Assembly (NCBI GenBank): GCA_964566535.1
Contig: CAZMIO010000002.1
Coordinates: 62,001-126,000, forward strand
DNA length: 64,000 nt
Direction of reading: 5' to 3'
Source of the DNA: an uncultured Methanosarcinales archaeon
GTDB lineage: Archaea; Nanobdellota; Nanobdellia; Woesearchaeales; CAZOXR01
Shown here one piece after another: positions 61,641 through 64,000 of the stretch; the first letter of the stretch is position 1, and each line of letters opens with the position of its first letter. Below the pieces are notes generated by a model. The model worked only from the letters and a program-made list of their open reading frames with translations, was not told the DNA's origin and ran no database searches. A program made the translations under genes and the position numbers.

Positions 61641-62513
61641 TCATTTCTTGCCCAGAATACTCTCAATTACTTTTTTATCCTTTTCTTTCCCCTGAACCAA
61701 TAACTTCCCACTTTTATACAAAGTTATCGTACAAGCCCCTTTTAACCTAACAGATTCATAAGGGGTCTTCACAGGTATAGATTCATATCCCAAATGCTCC
61801 AATTTCTTAAGTTTATCAAGCAGGCCTTTGTCTTTATTCTCAACTTTCTCAATAGACTTTGAAAATGAACCTAATTTCATCTGATTCTTCCTATCTGCCA
61901 TCTTTCTGTAAGGCATCCAACTCTTCCTAAACAACTCCTTGTGAACTTCAAAGTTCTTCTCCAAAAAGTCAGCAGTCTTAGGATCAGACATATATCCAGA
62001 ACCAAAATCCTTCTTAATCTTCTTCTTAATCTTCTCAATCTCATTATCCCTAGTTACTTTAGCAAGAATAGAAGCAGCACTTACAGATGGATAGTTTAAG
62101 TCTGCCTTATGCTCCAATACTAGTTCAACCCCCTTAACATTAATATATTTTAACAAATAAGCCTTAAAAGCAGGAATATTATTACTCGGAGCATCAATTA
62201 TTGCCTTATCTGGTTTAAGAAAATTAATTATCTCAGCAATTTTCCTTCCTTCCAACCAATTCAAGTTCAAACCATCGTGGCCCTCCACAGCATTATCAAC
62301 TTCTTTAGGCCCCACAGAAATAATTTTATACTTTTTAGCTACCTTGACTATTTCCTTATACAAACTTTCCCTTCTGTCTTTTGTCAATAATTTAGAATCC
62401 TTCACACCAAGTTTTTTCATATCTGCTTCATCTTCTACTAAAACTCCAGCCATAACTAAAGGACCCAAAAGTGGTCCACGACCTGCCTCATCAATACCGC
62501 ACATTGTTACCAT
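61641..62513 (-). CDS. rnhB: Ribonuclease HII with C-terminal extension
   Basis: GIDEAGRGP, DSK, VSAASILAKV, GSGY; then QMKLGSF and an extra ~70-aa domain. Confidence 0.93.
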   Translation of the reverse strand: MVTMCGIDEAGRGPLLGPLVMAGVLVEDEADMKKLGVKDSKLLTKDRRESLYKEIVKVAKKYKIISVGPKEVDNAVEGHDGLNLNWLEGRKIAEIINFLKPDKAIIDAPSNNIPAFKAYLLKYINVKGVELVLEHKADLNYPSVSAASILAKVTRDNEIEKIKKKIKKDFGSGYMSDPKTADFLEKNFEVHKELFRKSWMPYRKMADRKNQMKLGSFSKSIEKVENKDKGLLDKLKKLEHLGYESIPVKTPYESVRLKGACTITLYKSGKLLVQGKEKDKKVIESILGKK

Positions 62514-62547
62514 CTAAACACCAACGTTCATTACAAAACTTATATTA

Positions 62548-62696
62548 TGTCAAAAACCACCATGCTAAAACATGGTGGCATGTTTCACATGCCACTAACA
62601 TGTTAGATGGTTTTTGAGCATACTCAGAATACCACCTATGTAAGTCGTGATTTACGTAGTAAATCACCTTTCTTTAATAACAGTGGTATTCTGATA
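62548..62696 (+). repeat. Dispersed palindromic structured repeat, long copy C
   Basis: Colinear with copy B, with compensatory substitutions in stems. Confidence 0.9.
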
Positions 62697-62750
62697 TATA
62701 AATATTGCCAAACAAAAAATATTTAAAGTTAATACATAATAAAAAACTCC

Positions 62751-63065
62751 ATGGAACCAATCCAAGTAATAGGAATAAACGTATTAGATGATAAAGAGCA
62801 GGAAGCTGCAAATACCCTAATAAATGGATACTATGAGAAAATTGCAAGAGAACTTAAGAACGTAACTTCCGTATCAGTCCATCTAAAAGCTCATTCAAAA
62901 GGCGGCAAAAAGAAATACGACATCAGGATTAAAGCATTAGCTCCAACAAGAGTCTTTGAATCACAAGAAAGCGACTGGGACTTAGCAAGAACCCTACATA
63001 AAGTTTTCAAGAACGTTGAAAGACAGATTCAGCATAAATTACACACTGATGAACAAAAGCTTTGA
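62751..63065 (+). CDS. HPF/RaiA-like (ribosome-associated) fold protein
   Basis: Size and pattern YYEKI...VHLK...ESDWDLARTLHKVFKNVERQI resemble HPF/S30AE. Confidence 0.6.
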   Translation: MEPIQVIGINVLDDKEQEAANTLINGYYEKIARELKNVTSVSVHLKAHSKGGKKKYDIRIKALAPTRVFESQESDWDLARTLHKVFKNVERQIQHKLHTDEQKL

Positions 63066-63088
63066 TTAGAATTCTAAAAAAGAAAAAA

Positions 63089-63205
63089 TAGCGGAGAGTG
63101 GATTTGAACCACTGACCTTTACCCTTAGCATACGCCAATATGGGTGTCTAAGGCTCTAACAAACCGTATGAGCCCATCGGGCACTCCTGACTGCCCTACT
63201 CCGCT
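63089..63205 (-). tRNA. Initiator tRNA-Met (CAT) with two 21-nt introns (37/38 at 63146-63166; 43/44 at 63119-63139)
   Basis: A1:U72, GGG/CCC in the anticodon stem; removing both introns gives a 75-nt cloverleaf. Confidence 0.9.
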
Positions 63206-63296
63206 ATACCTTAAGAGAACTTTATTTCATTTATAAACCTTTTGTCACCCTTATTAAACTACTTAGTCAGCAATAACTTTATTTTAAATCTCACAG

Positions 63297-63423
63297 TTTA
63301 AATCATTTAGACATGCTTCAACTATTAAATTATGATTTCTTACTACAACCCACTGGACATGGACCCTCGGAAGATATATAAATCATTTAAATAGTCTCAA
63401 CAGAGAGGGAATGGTGATTTAAA
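63297..63423 (+). ncRNA. LAGLIDADG-associated conserved leader element, copy 2
   Basis: TTTAAATCATT...GGTGATTTAAA termini; core 63322-63400 matches copy 1; ends at the ATG. Confidence 0.6.
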
Positions 63424-64000
63424 ATGTTAGAAAAATTAAATTCAAAGATTGCAGAACTGATTGGTATGCATACTGGAGATGGAACATTGTACCGAACCAA
63501 TACTGGCACTGTTTGGGAATTAAGAGGGGCCCTTAATGAAAAAGACTACTATTATGACAACGTCATACCTCTTCTGAGTTCAATATTTAACAAAGAATTT
63601 AAACCAAAATTCAGAAGTGGAGGGAAAAATGGTTGTTTTGGGGTTCAAATATGTAAAAGAGAGGTTACTTCATTTTTTATCGATTATGGATTTAAACCCG
63701 GAAGAAAAACACATACTGTGAGGATTCCTGATTATATAAAAAAATCAAATAAACAAGTAAAATTAAATTTTATCAAAGGATTATTTGATACAGACGGATG
63801 TTTAAGATTTGACAAAAACGGGACAAATAGAAATTGTTATCCCAAAATAGAATTTGGATCTGCCTCTGAAAAGTTAATTGAAGACTTATCTTTATTATTA
63901 AAAGAACTTAAATTCAATAATTATACATGGAAAAGTAGAAATATCTCGAAACTATGTATCGCTGGGAAAATTATGCTTAAAAAATGGATAAAAGAAATAA
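63424..64000 (+). CDS. Free-standing two-motif LAGLIDADG endonuclease-like protein, runs off window end
   Basis: Not in ORF track; manual translation MLEKLNSKIAELIGMHTGDGTL...RIPDYI...NFIKGLFDTDGCL...YPKIEFGSASEKL. Confidence 0.88.
   Translation, partial: MLEKLNSKIAELIGMHTGDGTLYRTNTGTVWELRGALNEKDYYYDNVIPLLSSIFNKEFKPKFRSGGKNGCFGVQICKREVTSFFIDYGFKPGRKTHTVRIPDYIKKSNKQVKLNFIKGLFDTDGCLRFDKNGTNRNCYPKIEFGSASEKLIEDLSLLLKELKFNNYTWKSRNISKLCIAGKIMLKKWIKEI

Noticed and set aside
690..61703. Numerous short ORFs in the track that overlap longer genes (e.g. 3256-3807, 8497-8937, 20706-21131, 47576-47923, 59447-59863)
   Set aside because: Antisense or alternate-frame shadows of well-supported genes, with no motifs; favoured by the strand skew.

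Overview
AT-rich, gene-dense archaeal chromosome segment. Archaeal markers include aIF-1A, Nop5/fibrillarin, ZPR1, archaeal SecDF, XPD/Rad3, Nre, TATA-box promoters, GGTGA Shine-Dalgarno sites and a BHB-intron tRNA. Gene style (tandem-Lrp regulator, giant Gly-linker surface proteins, free-standing LAGLIDADGs) suggests a DPANN/Woesearchaeota-like organism; this is inference, not a database result. It holds about 60 CDS: housekeeping genes (smc, rnhB, pyrH, secDF), unexpectedly rich and often bacterial-type metabolism (class I gap, argJ/argB, ribA, coaD/coaE, pdxST, four-subunit POR, fumarase, mdh), a MoxR-DUF58-vWA module, a 2174-aa surface protein and an S8 protease. There are two tRNAs: Gly-TCC and an initiator Met with two introns. 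The main non-coding signals are: (1) a ~130-nt element with terminal inverted repeats and a 70/79-identical core placed directly in front of two very divergent free-standing LAGLIDADG genes; (2) a dispersed, covarying multi-hairpin repeat (3 full copies, 1 partial); (3) a phased array of ACATA-N-TATGT palindromes upstream of an HTH regulator/giant surface protein operon; (4) two mutually exclusive BHB introns in tRNA-iMet. No CRISPR, rRNA, transposase or reverse transcriptase was seen. All calls come from reading motifs by eye.
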